Virus record (IMG/VR): IMGVR_UViG_3300024518_003060
Coordinates: 7,358-71,357 of that record
DNA from: a virus
Reading direction: 5' to 3' (one strand)
Length of the DNA: 64,000 nucleotides
In this document: positions 35,148 to 45,774 of the stretch, in pieces
How positions within the stretch are numbered: position 1 is the first letter of the stretch
Layout: each line of letters starts with the position of its first letter
Made by a program: the position numbers and the translations under genes
Notes under the pieces: model-generated
Told to the model about the DNA's origin: nothing
The model's input: the letters and a program-made list of their open reading frames with translations, nothing else
The model's database searches: none

Positions 35148-38100
35148 CTCTTCTTGTCCTTATTTGTATCGGCGGCAGCAATAATAGCAAGAGTATCCGA
35201 TAAATTAATACTTAATGGCAATTGTTCTCCGGTCTCAGGAGATATTGGAAGATTAACCCTTCCCATCGAAGGGGCAGACAACTCTTGAGTCTTACCGGCT
35301 CGGGGCGATAGCGGCGGCGTTTCCAGTCGATTGGCCGGTAGTGTGGTTTCGCGGTTCAGTGTGACCGTGGAACGATTGTCTATTTCTGTTCCCGGTGTTA
35401 ATGTCTTTCTAGAAAAAGTGGGAGTTACGGGTGGGGGTACAAATTTTGGAAACGATTTTATTGGGATTGCTTTACCAAAATTAACCTTACAGTCGATTTT
35501 CGCCAATTCTACCAAACTAAAGTAATCGAAGGGCCAGTTGAAACTATAATCTGGAATTGACGTAATTTCTGCGCCTGCTCGTCCAGAAGCAAAGTTAAAT
35601 TTAAATCGCTTATCGTCTCGCGAGTCTGCTGTTTTCGCATAGTAATTAAATGCTCCGCGTTGTTTCGCTTTAAAAACGCTCCATTGGATGTTCTCTGGTA
35701 GAGATTCGAGCATTGACGTGCCGTTCTCTGGAGAAGGTCTGAAAATATTTATCGGAAGACTGGCTCTGCTTTTTTGCATCGATGTGCCAAGATCCGGTGG
35801 TAAATTCTGCCAGATATTTGCCAAATCCTGCTGAGATAGTGTAGCAGAAAACTCAAAAATAAATATGGCGAATGGAGCAATGGTTTTGTTTGTAATGAAA
35901 TCCATCTTCGGTGGCAAAATAAATTTCTTCATTTTCTCTACCATGTTAATAATATCTTGTGATGGCATGTGTTTTGCGCCTGTTGCTTTAACGAACGCCT
36001 CTATACCGGAATTGATGCCGCCTGTCTCTATTATTTTTTCAGCAATATCAATGGTCTTTCTATCAATGGCAAATCTTGTAAAATTAGCTCCTTCTCTGGT
36101 TGGATCGCCTAAAACATGAGGAATGGCGACGATTGCCTCAAAGATTTCTTTTTGTTGGGCAACTTCGCCAAGGCGTACTGGTGTCTTTTTAAAGCCCATT
36201 GCGTCGGCTAAAGATTTAGCACTTGTACTGTCGCTATCTTGAACTTGTATAAAAATGCCCTCGGAACTTGCTGTTGGCAGTGTCCCAAACTGGTGCCACA
36301 TTCCTTGAGCAACCGCTCCAGAACCAATAAGTGGCAGTGAATAAAGCGAATCTTTAAAATTCAAAATAGGAGTTTCCCACTTTGGTTGAATTATCATTTG
36401 ACTTGACTGTCTTGAGGTGTCCACTTCTGTGGGGTTTCCAAAAGCATCAAACTTCACGCCATATTGTTTTGCCACTTGAAGATAGTTTAGGGTTGCTGAG
36501 ATTTCCATTTGTGAATCTGTATAATTACCAGTGACAAAGCTGCCGCCGCTTTTAATTTGGCCTGCGGTACATACCCTACCAAAACTTGAACTTATCAGAG
36601 GCACAATTTCGTCAATTGTAAATTTATCAGTTCTTGATGGAACAAACTTAAGCTCTACTTCCGCATATCCATCATAATACGGCGGCGTGTGTGAAGAATA
36701 AGAAGCAGAAGAGTGTCTCTTCGTGTTACCAGAGTTTGTTATATTGAGCATAACGTCGCGCATTAAATAATCATCTGAATATACAGGCGGCCCGAACGAT
36801 GAACCATAGACATCTATACTGGCTGTTCTCTGATACATAGCAAGATTTGGGGGATTCACAATGTATGAGGCAGAAGTTAGTGAAGCTCTATCACCGAAAG
36901 GAGATCTTGAAAAATCTTTAATTTGTTTGACGCTCGACGCCTTTCCATTGGAAATGGAAACTTTCATAACATATTCTTCGTTTTCCACAAAGTTGCCAAA
37001 GTCGCCGTCGTCGTCCGGTAAAGATGCGATAGTCGCTAATCGACCGGCGGGTTTGAAAAAATCAATTGTGGCAGCTAGAAAGTTATTCATTGCCAATTTG
37101 TATGTGCTCCGCGCTGACCCAAGCAGCGAACAAGTTAAATCAAATTGGGCGACAGGATGGGGTTCTTGGTCATAAATAGTTACCCTGGCCAATTCTTCTT
37201 CTGGCCTTAGTATCGCTTCGAAGGGAACTCTAAAACCAAATGGATTGTGTTCGTCGAGATCAGAGGAGCCAATTCGAGGTATATCTTTCATAAAAGTATT
37301 TTCAGCGACTTGGCCAGCGGCGCCTGAGATTTTCATCGGAGAGGTAAGAATCGGATAGTCTACGGCCATACCAGATTTAATACTGTTGTAAAGAACGCCT
37401 GGGGCAAAAAGACACTGATAGAGGGGCCTTGAGATCATAAGGGCGCCTCGGTCATTTGATACGCCAATTTTGCCCGCCAAAGATCGCCAGTCCTTAAAAT
37501 ATTCATTATAGTCTTCATAAAACATTTTTGCTAACTTGATCGTATGAAGTGCCGGATAAAGATCGTTATACGGTAAGAATTTTAAAATCGCATCGCACTC
37601 GAACTCAAGACTTGTTGCTTTGTTTTCGCTTTTAAGATCTTTTCCTACTATTTTAAAAGCCTTCATAAAATCTGAGTGTAGGTAATTGATAATAAAGCCA
37701 TCTTCTGCCTCGCTATTAAAGATTGCTCCCGTGAGGGAGAGCGAAGCAGTATTTACTGCTAAGAAATTGCCACCTTTTTGATTTACATAATAATCCATAT
37801 GCTCAGAGATTCTAAATTCGGGCAGGATACCGAAACCTTTACCCGCTCTCATGGCCTCGTCGACATAATCATTGTAAGTATCATAAAAGGGGTTTATATT
37901 CTGTGCGTTTCTTGAGGCAAAGGAGCTAGAGATTCCCGCCTCCCATTTGGTATCTCCGACAATATAATATTTAAGAGAGCCGCCCAAGATTGAAGGTTCG
38001 ATGATTCTTCTATTGTAAAGCGGAGCGAGAGGGCCGAATTCACGGGTGATTCCATCAGAATCCACAAACGAGTAAGGCCCAGTAAATTGTGCATAGTCGT

Positions 38101-41100
38101 TTTGCAAAATGCCGTCTTGACCTTTTCCGTTTGTTGCAAGTGATACAGTTGTAGTGTCTCGCGGAGTACTTTGGTTATCCAATACAAAACTAGATGATGT
38201 AAAGCCTAATCTTCCGTCCAAAGGCCAAATGCTGGCCGCTGTTTGTAAATTTATGTTTGGAACATACGGAAGAAAGTGAGTGGAGTCAGTTTTGTTGCCC
38301 TCGTCAGATCTTGTTTGGCGGTCATCTCGCCAAAAGTTATTTCTAAAGGCGGTTCTTTTGCGTGTATCTGCCAAGTAAGCGAACTTTTCTCTTGGATGGA
38401 TTGATTCTTGGACGGTTATATTATTAACTTTGTTAATTGGGTTTGTCTCTTGCGAAATAGACTCATCTGTAATAAGGGTCGCCAATGTATTATAAGCCAA
38501 CTTTCTTTCTGGATAGTTGGTAAGAAACTCAATCGACGGGTGAATGTTCAAATCCAGGCCATTTCCTACCTTCTGGGAGAATTTTACAAAATTGTTGAGA
38601 TAAGATTGTTCGAATACAACTCTTGTTTCTCCGCCTCCACCAGTTGATGTTTGGATATCCAAGTCAAAAGTGATTGGTTTGTGTTTTGATACGACAGCCG
38701 GTTCAATAGATGAAGTTATTCCCCTTCCAAGCTTAACTCGGCCTCTTGCGTCAGCAGGTAAACGGCTTTGAGTAAGGAAGCTGATTCTATTTTGGCTTCT
38801 CAGTTTTCTTGTTATTGGGTGAGCGTCTTTTCTATAGAGTTTCCAGTTTGCTCCGCCCCAAGGGCCTTGTCGATGGAGAAGAAGAGAATTTAGTGTCGGT
38901 GACAGTTGTTCGTCACCAAGATCCCAAAGTTTAATAAAGCCGCCTTCTGCGGTGTCCGTATCCATGGTGCCGTTTGTGGTTCCGTCTGGTGCGCCCCAGT
39001 TTATATAATTAAGAAATGATAAATCAGTAGGATAACCCAAAGTATTAGAACTTGCGGTGATAGGGTCATAAATGTTCGTATTCATTCCTGCGAAGTCTGT
39101 CGGCTGGTAGGCTTTACTTGCGCCATCGGCGTATGCTTTTGTCGCACCAAACGTCTGACTGGACCCATCGCGATATGAAACAAAGTCACTCGAACTTATG
39201 AAGGTAAGATCAGTAGAGGCAAAGCTGGCGTTTGAGAAGTTTCGCTTTTCAAACCCATACAAAGCTGAACCAGTGTAGCCGCTTATAAGGCTTGAGGTAA
39301 TCCAAGCGTATTGTGCGTCCGTTTGCGGTATTTGATGACGAACATAATAGTTGTCATGGGAAGCTGTATTGTTTACAATACCATCTGCGCCATTTTCATC
39401 AGTTGAATATTTAAGTTGGCTTCTCGTGTTTCTGTGATTCTTTTGGTACGAGCCTGTGCTGTCGTAACCTTCTTCGGAAATAGAGCCGCTGCCGCCGGGA
39501 TAGGTTTTGCCCGCTTGTTCATAAGATTCTTCTCTAAACCAGTCACTATAATAGCCAAACTTCAAACAATGATTCGTGAGAAGTTCTTGTAGCGGAAGTC
39601 TAACATCAAGATTTCGCCAAGGCATTGCATTATAGACGCTATATTCTCCAGAATAAACGTCCAAGAAACCTTCGCTCATTGTTGAGGGGTCACCAGGAGC
39701 AGAAAATCTATTTACAAAAATGAACTTATTGCTTCCAGTTAGAGTACGATTCGGTAACTCATATTCGTATGCTCCAGAAAAATAGTAAACAACATTGCTT
39801 GCTGTCAATAAAGTTCCACCAGCGTCTACAAGAAATCTATTGTTTTCGCGGCGGCCTGTAGTGGTGACTATTTCATAATCTTTATAATAGTTGCCAAGGG
39901 CTTGTGAGCCAGTAGAAGACTGAATATTCCTAATGTTTACAGGGCGTTTGGCTGTTTCGTCTCTATAATAGGTTGCCCTTGGCAGATCAGCATTAAAAGT
40001 TAATGCGTCATCGTGTGCTGGATCAAATACAGTAAACTGGCGGAAACTGCTGCTTACTCTGTAACCTTCGGCACGGTCTAGTATATTGTCGCTTCCTGTA
40101 TTAATGTTCTGATGTCGATATTGTTTGCCTCCGACGTGTCTTTCGGTAAATGGACCTTGAGCCGGAATCTCTTTATCATATCCATAAGAGTCGTTATGAA
40201 CGTTTACAATAGAGGAGAACTCGAAATTTCCTCCTCCGGTTGTGCCAGATACGACATTGAAGGGTGCGGCATAAGAACCAACGGAAGAACTCAGATATGA
40301 ATCCTCGGGTTCTCCGTCTACTTCAAGGAAGTCAACGCTTGTATTTACTGTTTTCTTTAAGTCTAAAGCGTTGTCGTCTGTACAAACAAAGCTTGCGCTC
40401 TCTGGATTTCTGATATCTAGTCCCGATTTTTCAGTGAGGAACTGCCTAAGGAGAGGATTTATCAAGTCAAGATTTTTGTTTCTTGTGAAGTTTGTTCCAC
40501 CCTTTAGAACTGGAGTTAGCTCAACCTTATACTTATATGGTCTCGCAAAGTTCCTAATTGCATAAGTTGATCCTTCGTAAGATCCTGCGGCGCCACTTAA
40601 GTTAATAACGGATGCATTATTCAGGTTGTTTTCGACGTCTAAGATCGTTTGTCTGTTTGAGTCGACACTTGTATTGCCGGAACCGGAAACGTCCCTTTCT
40701 GCTCGCTTTTGCCACCAATTACAACTTTCATCTTGAGTCGTTGGAATCGGGGCATGTCCGGTTCTATAATTGTAAAGGCCCTCGCGGATACCCAAAATAT
40801 GTCCTGTCGGGTCAGTTTGCCTAAATTCCATTGTTGGGAACTTGTGATCGTATTTGTTACGGTTAAAAATATATTCTTCAATTATCGGACGAATCAAATT
40901 CTCGGCATCAAGAGTGACGGCAGAAGCCGGGATTAAATTGGCGAGCATTATATTCAAGCCTGAGTCAAGCCATCTGTAATAATCAATGTATTTTTCAACT
41001 TTTGGTGTGTTGGAAACATTTTCAAAGAAAAGTTGTCTCAGTTTGCTTAGGCTTTTGTACTCAGTTCTAAATTCGTTTACGGGATCACCAACCATAGAAC

Positions 41101-44100
41101 CAAAATCAGCGACAGTGCTGAAGAATTTGAGCATTTCTTCGCTGACGGTCTGATACATACTCTTTTCAAAGGTCATCAAATAACTTGTGGGTCGAGTGCT
41201 TCTTGTGAAAGTCACATCGTCAGAATCTCTAATAGTGACCATATCATGAGAATTTATAAATTCAGGTAATTGAGTTCTAGCATTGTAGATACTCTTCTTG
41301 GCAAAGGTTCTTGTGGAGCTTGTGAGGAAATTTTCGCCTCGGGCTGAGTGTTGTCGGTTTAAAACATCGCTGAGAGTTCCAAATCTGTTGTCGGTTGCGC
41401 TTCCGCTTGACAGATCGATTACATCAAATTGGCCTGATGTGTTAGAACTTGACAAATTGGTAAAGTTCCAGTTTAAAGCAAGGGTTTCTATTTTTGGTAC
41501 GCGAACGTGACTACCGCTGGATTGAAACAAATAAGTGTTTTGATAAGGATTTCCAATACCAAAGTTCTCAAAATCAAAATTGTGTCGCTTTACATCATCA
41601 AATGTAAGGGCGGTAAGCCAAAACCTACAATCTGTTATATAAGCGTTCGAGCGTGTTACTAGAGAACCTGTTACGTCATCTCTCAAAGCTCCAACGAAAA
41701 CACGCTTTGGAGTGGTCATAACGGTCTGTCCATAAGCCTTTGAAATACTTGAACTTACAGCAAAACTATTTCTTACATCGTCCAGAACTGAGTTTACACC
41801 GTAAAGTGTCACGTCGTAGTTTAAGCTTCCACTTGAGCCACTGACTAGATCAAACTGGCCATCCTTTGATGGCTTGACTGTAACAGCCAAATTCCATTTG
41901 GTGTTGTCAAAAATATCTTCAAAATATGATGAAGTTATTGTTGGTAAATAACTTGTGCCATCAGTTGGTTCAAGTTTAAAATAGCCTCGTTTATCAAAGT
42001 CGTTGTCTCTTACGATTTTTACGACGAAGCCTGTTCTGTCATTCGCTGGGACTGTCAGATCGTTTTCTGCCGCATTTATATCAACAGAGCGAATACCAAA
42101 GATAGAGGCTTCTTTGTCGGTAACAAAGTCTTGAATTCTATAACTCTTGGTTCTGTCTGCCGAACGCATCATTGAATTGTACTCGCCTTCAGTTCCAATA
42201 ACTGGAAAGATGGCTTGCGATTCAATGGTGAAACCAAAACCACTTGCTTCAAGTCCAGTTGTGGTGGCACTTGCTGTTATATAAGAAGTGGTGTTAGAAT
42301 CTGTTTGATATTGGTAAACCGTTGCACCAGCAGAAGCTGTCAGTGTAAGGTCAACATAATTTTTATTTTCAACGATTGCTTTGTAGTTGTCTCGGAACTC
42401 ATAAACCGCATCAGTAGCGTAGTGACGAATTTTGTAGATTTCGTCGTCTACGCCAAAGCATCTGAGCATGTTGCGGAATGCTTTCTCAGTTCCCTTTGAC
42501 TTGTTGATGTAAACCAAGTTGTTGTAAAGGTTTCTATAGATCGTATTTTTGATGTCATAAAGCTTTTCTTGAAACAATTTGGTGTCGCTTCTGTTGCGAA
42601 AGAACTCAAAGAAAGATGCATCCGAGAATAGATCTGGAATGTAAGGGAATCCCATACCCTGTAACATTCGGTTATTAAAGAAGAAAGGCTTGTCAAAGTT
42701 GCTCAGTGAGCCGCTTGAATAACTAATCTCTTTAAGTTTTGTTAGATTTTCAATTTGGTTTGATACTGTATCGAAATAATTTGAGATTATCTGCGTTAGG
42801 TTTTTAAGAGGCGGCTCAGTTTTTTCATTGTCTGTTTCTGTAATCCAGCCAGGAATACTGTTATAGACTGAATTGGGATTTTGATAATCATGTTCTTTGC
42901 CAATGTTTGTTTTCTTGCCGATTAAATCTTGAACCTCTGGGTGAAAGCTGTAAAGAATTGGATCTTCAAATTCACTTGAAGCTTTACCAGACAAAATAAT
43001 AGCAGAACCAGTAGAACGAGAAGAGGTACTCGAATAGCCCTCCCACAATCCATTTGAAATTCTACCAGAGTAATCTAAAACTGTAGCATCAACAGAAGCT
43101 GTTAGCGTGATTCCCTCATTGAATTTAAAATAGATACCTAAATCTGTGTTTGCGTCATCAGTGTTTGTTCCTCCGCCGACAGGTTCAATATACTGTCTAC
43201 CAATTTGCTGGGCGTTTCGGTTGGTCTTCCAAAACCTCACCTCATCAAGAGAACCAGAAAACTTTGACCAGCCTCGCAAGCCGTAATCATTTGAGGCTAT
43301 TGTATAAGGGGCAGCTAAAGCGCCAACAGTTGCCACGGTTGTGCCGCTAACATATCCTATTGTGTCTCCGCTTTCTGTATAGCGGTCGTTGTGTTTACCA
43401 TCAACAAATAAATCAAGCACAGTATCGCTGCCGCTAGTTTTGGCCGTTACGGCATAATGATGCCACTCGCCATCTGCTATGGAAGCAGTTGTAAGCGTTG
43501 AGGCTCCTAAATACTTATTGAGAATGGTAGAACCAGAACCATATCCAACAAAAAATGCCTGATCTGAACTATTACCGATAGTACCAGTTGTAACCAAAGC
43601 CACGGCAAATCTACCAAAACTGTCGTCGCCTTCCGTGGTCCCAGTGACGTGAGCATCAAAAATGAACTCAAAATATTCTTGATTAGGAGCAGCATAGGCA
43701 TCTTTCTTAAGCCAAAATTCTACTGTATTGCCATCGGTTCCGCCGATTTTTAAGTTACTTTCGCGATTCTTGCTTGTATCATAGACGTTGGCGTAACCGT
43801 CGCTGAAATCTCCAGAAGAGTCGTTAATGTCCTTATTTTTCTTCCTCTTGCTAGTGTTTGGTCCACCTTTGGTCAGGATATATTCGTTGTCGCCTGAAGA
43901 CGGGTAGAAATATGTGCCTTCTGCTCCGGTTGAGGCAGGTGCGATTACGAAGTTTGCAAAACCGTTTGTTCGTGGATATTCTTTGTCGAAAACATAAAGG
44001 TCAATGCCAGACGAACTTAATTCCCATTGGATCTTCTCTTTCAAAGAGCCGTCGTAAGGGTACGTTCTGTAGATTCTCTCGATGGCATCGGTGTAGTATT

Positions 44101-44287
44101 TCTCAGCAGAACCGAATTTGGCGAAGTTTTTTGGTTTGGAATAATCGGTATGAGTGCGAAGCTTGTCCCTTAACTTATAGTAAGTTTCAAGATACTCAGA
44201 AGATTCAATCTCGTCAGCAAGTTTATTAAGAGAACCGCTTGACATTGTTGAAGAATCTAAATTATTAAATAATTCTTTTAAGCTCAT
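35144..44287 (-). CDS. Giant baseplate protein (gp7/P2 gpI-like wedge motif, LamG domains)
   Basis: 3047 aa; TVEFWLK, ADGEWHHYAV, LFVDG, FSGSLDEVRFW (LamG); YINKSKGTEKAFRNMLRCFG wedge-type motif. Confidence 0.75.
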   Translation of the reverse strand: MSLKELFNNLDSSTMSSGSLNKLADEIESSEYLETYYKLRDKLRTHTDYSKPKNFAKFGSAEKYYTDAIERIYRTYPYDGSLKEKIQWELSSSGIDLYVFDKEYPRTNGFANFVIAPASTGAEGTYFYPSSGDNEYILTKGGPNTSKRKKNKDINDSSGDFSDGYANVYDTSKNRESNLKIGGTDGNTVEFWLKKDAYAAPNQEYFEFIFDAHVTGTTEGDDSFGRFAVALVTTGTIGNSSDQAFFVGYGSGSTILNKYLGASTLTTASIADGEWHHYAVTAKTSGSDTVLDLFVDGKHNDRYTESGDTIGYVSGTTVATVGALAAPYTIASNDYGLRGWSKFSGSLDEVRFWKTNRNAQQIGRQYIEPVGGGTNTDDANTDLGIYFKFNEGITLTASVDATVLDYSGRISNGLWEGYSSTSSRSTGSAIILSGKASSEFEDPILYSFHPEVQDLIGKKTNIGKEHDYQNPNSVYNSIPGWITETDNEKTEPPLKNLTQIISNYFDTVSNQIENLTKLKEISYSSGSLSNFDKPFFFNNRMLQGMGFPYIPDLFSDASFFEFFRNRSDTKLFQEKLYDIKNTIYRNLYNNLVYINKSKGTEKAFRNMLRCFGVDDEIYKIRHYATDAVYEFRDNYKAIVENKNYVDLTLTASAGATVYQYQTDSNTTSYITASATTTGLEASGFGFTIESQAIFPVIGTEGEYNSMMRSADRTKSYRIQDFVTDKEASIFGIRSVDINAAENDLTVPANDRTGFVVKIVRDNDFDKRGYFKLEPTDGTSYLPTITSSYFEDIFDNTKWNLAVTVKPSKDGQFDLVSGSSGSLNYDVTLYGVNSVLDDVRNSFAVSSSISKAYGQTVMTTPKRVFVGALRDDVTGSLVTRSNAYITDCRFWLTALTFDDVKRHNFDFENFGIGNPYQNTYLFQSSGSHVRVPKIETLALNWNFTNLSSSNTSGQFDVIDLSSGSATDNRFGTLSDVLNRQHSARGENFLTSSTRTFAKKSIYNARTQLPEFINSHDMVTIRDSDDVTFTRSTRPTSYLMTFEKSMYQTVSEEMLKFFSTVADFGSMVGDPVNEFRTEYKSLSKLRQLFFENVSNTPKVEKYIDYYRWLDSGLNIMLANLIPASAVTLDAENLIRPIIEEYIFNRNKYDHKFPTMEFRQTDPTGHILGIREGLYNYRTGHAPIPTTQDESCNWWQKRAERDVSGSGNTSVDSNRQTILDVENNLNNASVINLSGAAGSYEGSTYAIRNFARPYKYKVELTPVLKGGTNFTRNKNLDLINPLLRQFLTEKSGLDIRNPESASFVCTDDNALDLKKTVNTSVDFLEVDGEPEDSYLSSSVGSYAAPFNVVSGTTGGGNFEFSSIVNVHNDSYGYDKEIPAQGPFTERHVGGKQYRHQNINTGSDNILDRAEGYRVSSSFRQFTVFDPAHDDALTFNADLPRATYYRDETAKRPVNIRNIQSSTGSQALGNYYKDYEIVTTTGRRENNRFLVDAGGTLLTASNVVYYFSGAYEYELPNRTLTGSNKFIFVNRFSAPGDPSTMSEGFLDVYSGEYSVYNAMPWRNLDVRLPLQELLTNHCLKFGYYSDWFREESYEQAGKTYPGGSGSISEEGYDSTGSYQKNHRNTRSQLKYSTDENGADGIVNNTASHDNYYVRHQIPQTDAQYAWITSSLISGYTGSALYGFEKRNFSNASFASTDLTFISSSDFVSYRDGSSQTFGATKAYADGASKAYQPTDFAGMNTNIYDPITASSNTLGYPTDLSFLNYINWGAPDGTTNGTMDTDTAEGGFIKLWDLGDEQLSPTLNSLLLHRQGPWGGANWKLYRKDAHPITRKLRSQNRISFLTQSRLPADARGRVKLGRGITSSIEPAVVSKHKPITFDLDIQTSTGGGGETRVVFEQSYLNNFVKFSQKVGNGLDLNIHPSIEFLTNYPERKLAYNTLATLITDESISQETNPINKVNNITVQESIHPREKFAYLADTRKRTAFRNNFWRDDRQTRSDEGNKTDSTHFLPYVPNINLQTAASIWPLDGRLGFTSSSFVLDNQSTPRDTTTVSLATNGKGQDGILQNDYAQFTGPYSFVDSDGITREFGPLAPLYNRRIIEPSILGGSLKYYIVGDTKWEAGISSSFASRNAQNINPFYDTYNDYVDEAMRAGKGFGILPEFRISEHMDYYVNQKGGNFLAVNTASLSLTGAIFNSEAEDGFIINYLHSDFMKAFKIVGKDLKSENKATSLEFECDAILKFLPYNDLYPALHTIKLAKMFYEDYNEYFKDWRSLAGKIGVSNDRGALMISRPLYQCLFAPGVLYNSIKSGMAVDYPILTSPMKISGAAGQVAENTFMKDIPRIGSSDLDEHNPFGFRVPFEAILRPEEELARVTIYDQEPHPVAQFDLTCSLLGSARSTYKLAMNNFLAATIDFFKPAGRLATIASLPDDDGDFGNFVENEEYVMKVSISNGKASSVKQIKDFSRSPFGDRASLTSASYIVNPPNLAMYQRTASIDVYGSSFGPPVYSDDYLMRDVMLNITNSGNTKRHSSASYSSHTPPYYDGYAEVELKFVPSRTDKFTIDEIVPLISSSFGRVCTAGQIKSGGSFVTGNYTDSQMEISATLNYLQVAKQYGVKFDAFGNPTEVDTSRQSSQMIIQPKWETPILNFKDSLYSLPLIGSGAVAQGMWHQFGTLPTASSEGIFIQVQDSDSTSAKSLADAMGFKKTPVRLGEVAQQKEIFEAIVAIPHVLGDPTREGANFTRFAIDRKTIDIAEKIIETGGINSGIEAFVKATGAKHMPSQDIINMVEKMKKFILPPKMDFITNKTIAPFAIFIFEFSATLSQQDLANIWQNLPPDLGTSMQKSRASLPINIFRPSPENGTSMLESLPENIQWSVFKAKQRGAFNYYAKTADSRDDKRFKFNFASGRAGAEITSIPDYSFNWPFDYFSLVELAKIDCKVNFGKAIPIKSFPKFVPPPVTPTFSRKTLTPGTEIDNRSTVTLNRETTLPANRLETPPLSPRAGKTQELSAPSMGRVNLPISPETGEQLPLSINLSDTLAIIAAADTNKDKKR

Positions 44288-45774
44288 ACTATCCTAAATC
44301 TAAAGTTTTCAGGCTGTTCCACATAGCTTCCATTGATCAAATATGTAAATTTGATTTGATAAGTGAAGCCAGCCTCAAGCATACCCATGTCAAAGTCAAA
44401 GTAACTTCCGCTTACATCATACGATAATCTTGTGTGGTTCGTCGAACCTGTGCCATAATCGGCAACAATCCAATTATCATTGGCACGGACGATTTTGTAA
44501 TATACATTGTCAATTATAGAGGTGTCAATATTTTGAGACGCCACTGTATAATTGTTGGGACTCCAATCTTTCTTACGAGCGAACAGTCTGAACCTAGCAT
44601 TTTCGTTTATAGAGTAGTTCGGTCTCAAGTTCGTAATCTTGGAAATATATCGTTGATCGAAGTTATAATCTTCGCTGTCAAATGTATTTACGTCAACGGC
44701 AGTTCCTGTGTGATATTCAGTACTTGTGCTTCCGCTGTGCCATACATCAAAAATGGTTGTAATGGCCGAGGAAGTATAAGCGAATGAACAGGAATAAATA
44801 CCTGTTTCCACATGAGAAGCAGTCGTGTTTATGTCTAAAGTTGTTACCGTGCCTCCGCCTACTGAAAGTCCAATTTTGGAACCAGTTGGAGCAGTGTTAG
44901 CCAATGTGCCCGAATAAACGCTGACGAGTAAGCCGCCTGTTCCGACTCCCGGTATATCTTTCAGTTGGCCCCTTGAAATATTATATAAGTAAAGCTTCAT
45001 CAGATTGTCAGAAGCTGGAATAAGGGAAGAGCTTAGGTAGAAGCTGCCTCTATTATCTTTTTTGCTGCTGTCCCATCGGGCCTCAATCACTGGTCTCTTA
45101 AAATAATATTGTGAACCTCTCGCGAAGAACTTTTTGGTATAATAAGAGGAGGAAGCGTCTTCGTTACTGCTTGTTAGAAATACGCCTACGCCATAATTTG
45201 TTCTCTGGCCCATATCTACAGCCGTCAAACTATTGGCGCTTGAACTAATCCATTGCTCGACGAGAGGCGAGATGTCAACCTCAAGATTTTCAAAACCAGT
45301 GTCAAAAGATTGGGAGAAAGAGGAAGACAAGTCATCCCAATAATCTCCGCCGCCAGCGGTCCACAGGATTCCGTCGCTGGCTGAGAGCCAGTTTGAAGCG
45401 TCAATGTCAGAATATTCTTCCATATCGAGGCCGTTGCCCTCGTCCCAAGAACGAGAAACTGCTGATGCGACAAGTGTAAAGTTTTTTGGCGTTGTTTGGA
45501 CGTGTTCCGCATCGTACAGTCTCAAATAAAAGGATACGCTGCCAGAAGCAGGTATAGTTCCAGCCGTTCTGTCTGTGGAAATTGTGTCTGTATTAAATTG
45601 GACCAAGAGTCTTGAAAACTCAGAGGAAGAAGTATTTGCTTGGGCGTAGATAGAAAAGATTTCCATCACATCAGATTGACCCATGTTACCACTGACGCCT
45701 CTTGTATCCAAGTTTGCCTTAAAAGCATTCGTAATGGTGTTATCTTTTGTCGCGTAATACTTTTTAATGGCCAT
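44284..45774 (-). CDS. Baseplate-associated structural protein
   Basis: 496 aa, Ser/Thr/Gly-rich; SRLLVQF, SRSWDEGNG; coupled to the gp6-like gene. Confidence 0.65.
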   Translation of the reverse strand: MAIKKYYATKDNTITNAFKANLDTRGVSGNMGQSDVMEIFSIYAQANTSSSEFSRLLVQFNTDTISTDRTAGTIPASGSVSFYLRLYDAEHVQTTPKNFTLVASAVSRSWDEGNGLDMEEYSDIDASNWLSASDGILWTAGGGDYWDDLSSSFSQSFDTGFENLEVDISPLVEQWISSSANSLTAVDMGQRTNYGVGVFLTSSNEDASSSYYTKKFFARGSQYYFKRPVIEARWDSSKKDNRGSFYLSSSLIPASDNLMKLYLYNISRGQLKDIPGVGTGGLLVSVYSGTLANTAPTGSKIGLSVGGGTVTTLDINTTASHVETGIYSCSFAYTSSAITTIFDVWHSGSTSTEYHTGTAVDVNTFDSEDYNFDQRYISKITNLRPNYSINENARFRLFARKKDWSPNNYTVASQNIDTSIIDNVYYKIVRANDNWIVADYGTGSTNHTRLSYDVSGSYFDFDMGMLEAGFTYQIKFTYLINGSYVEQPENFRFRIV

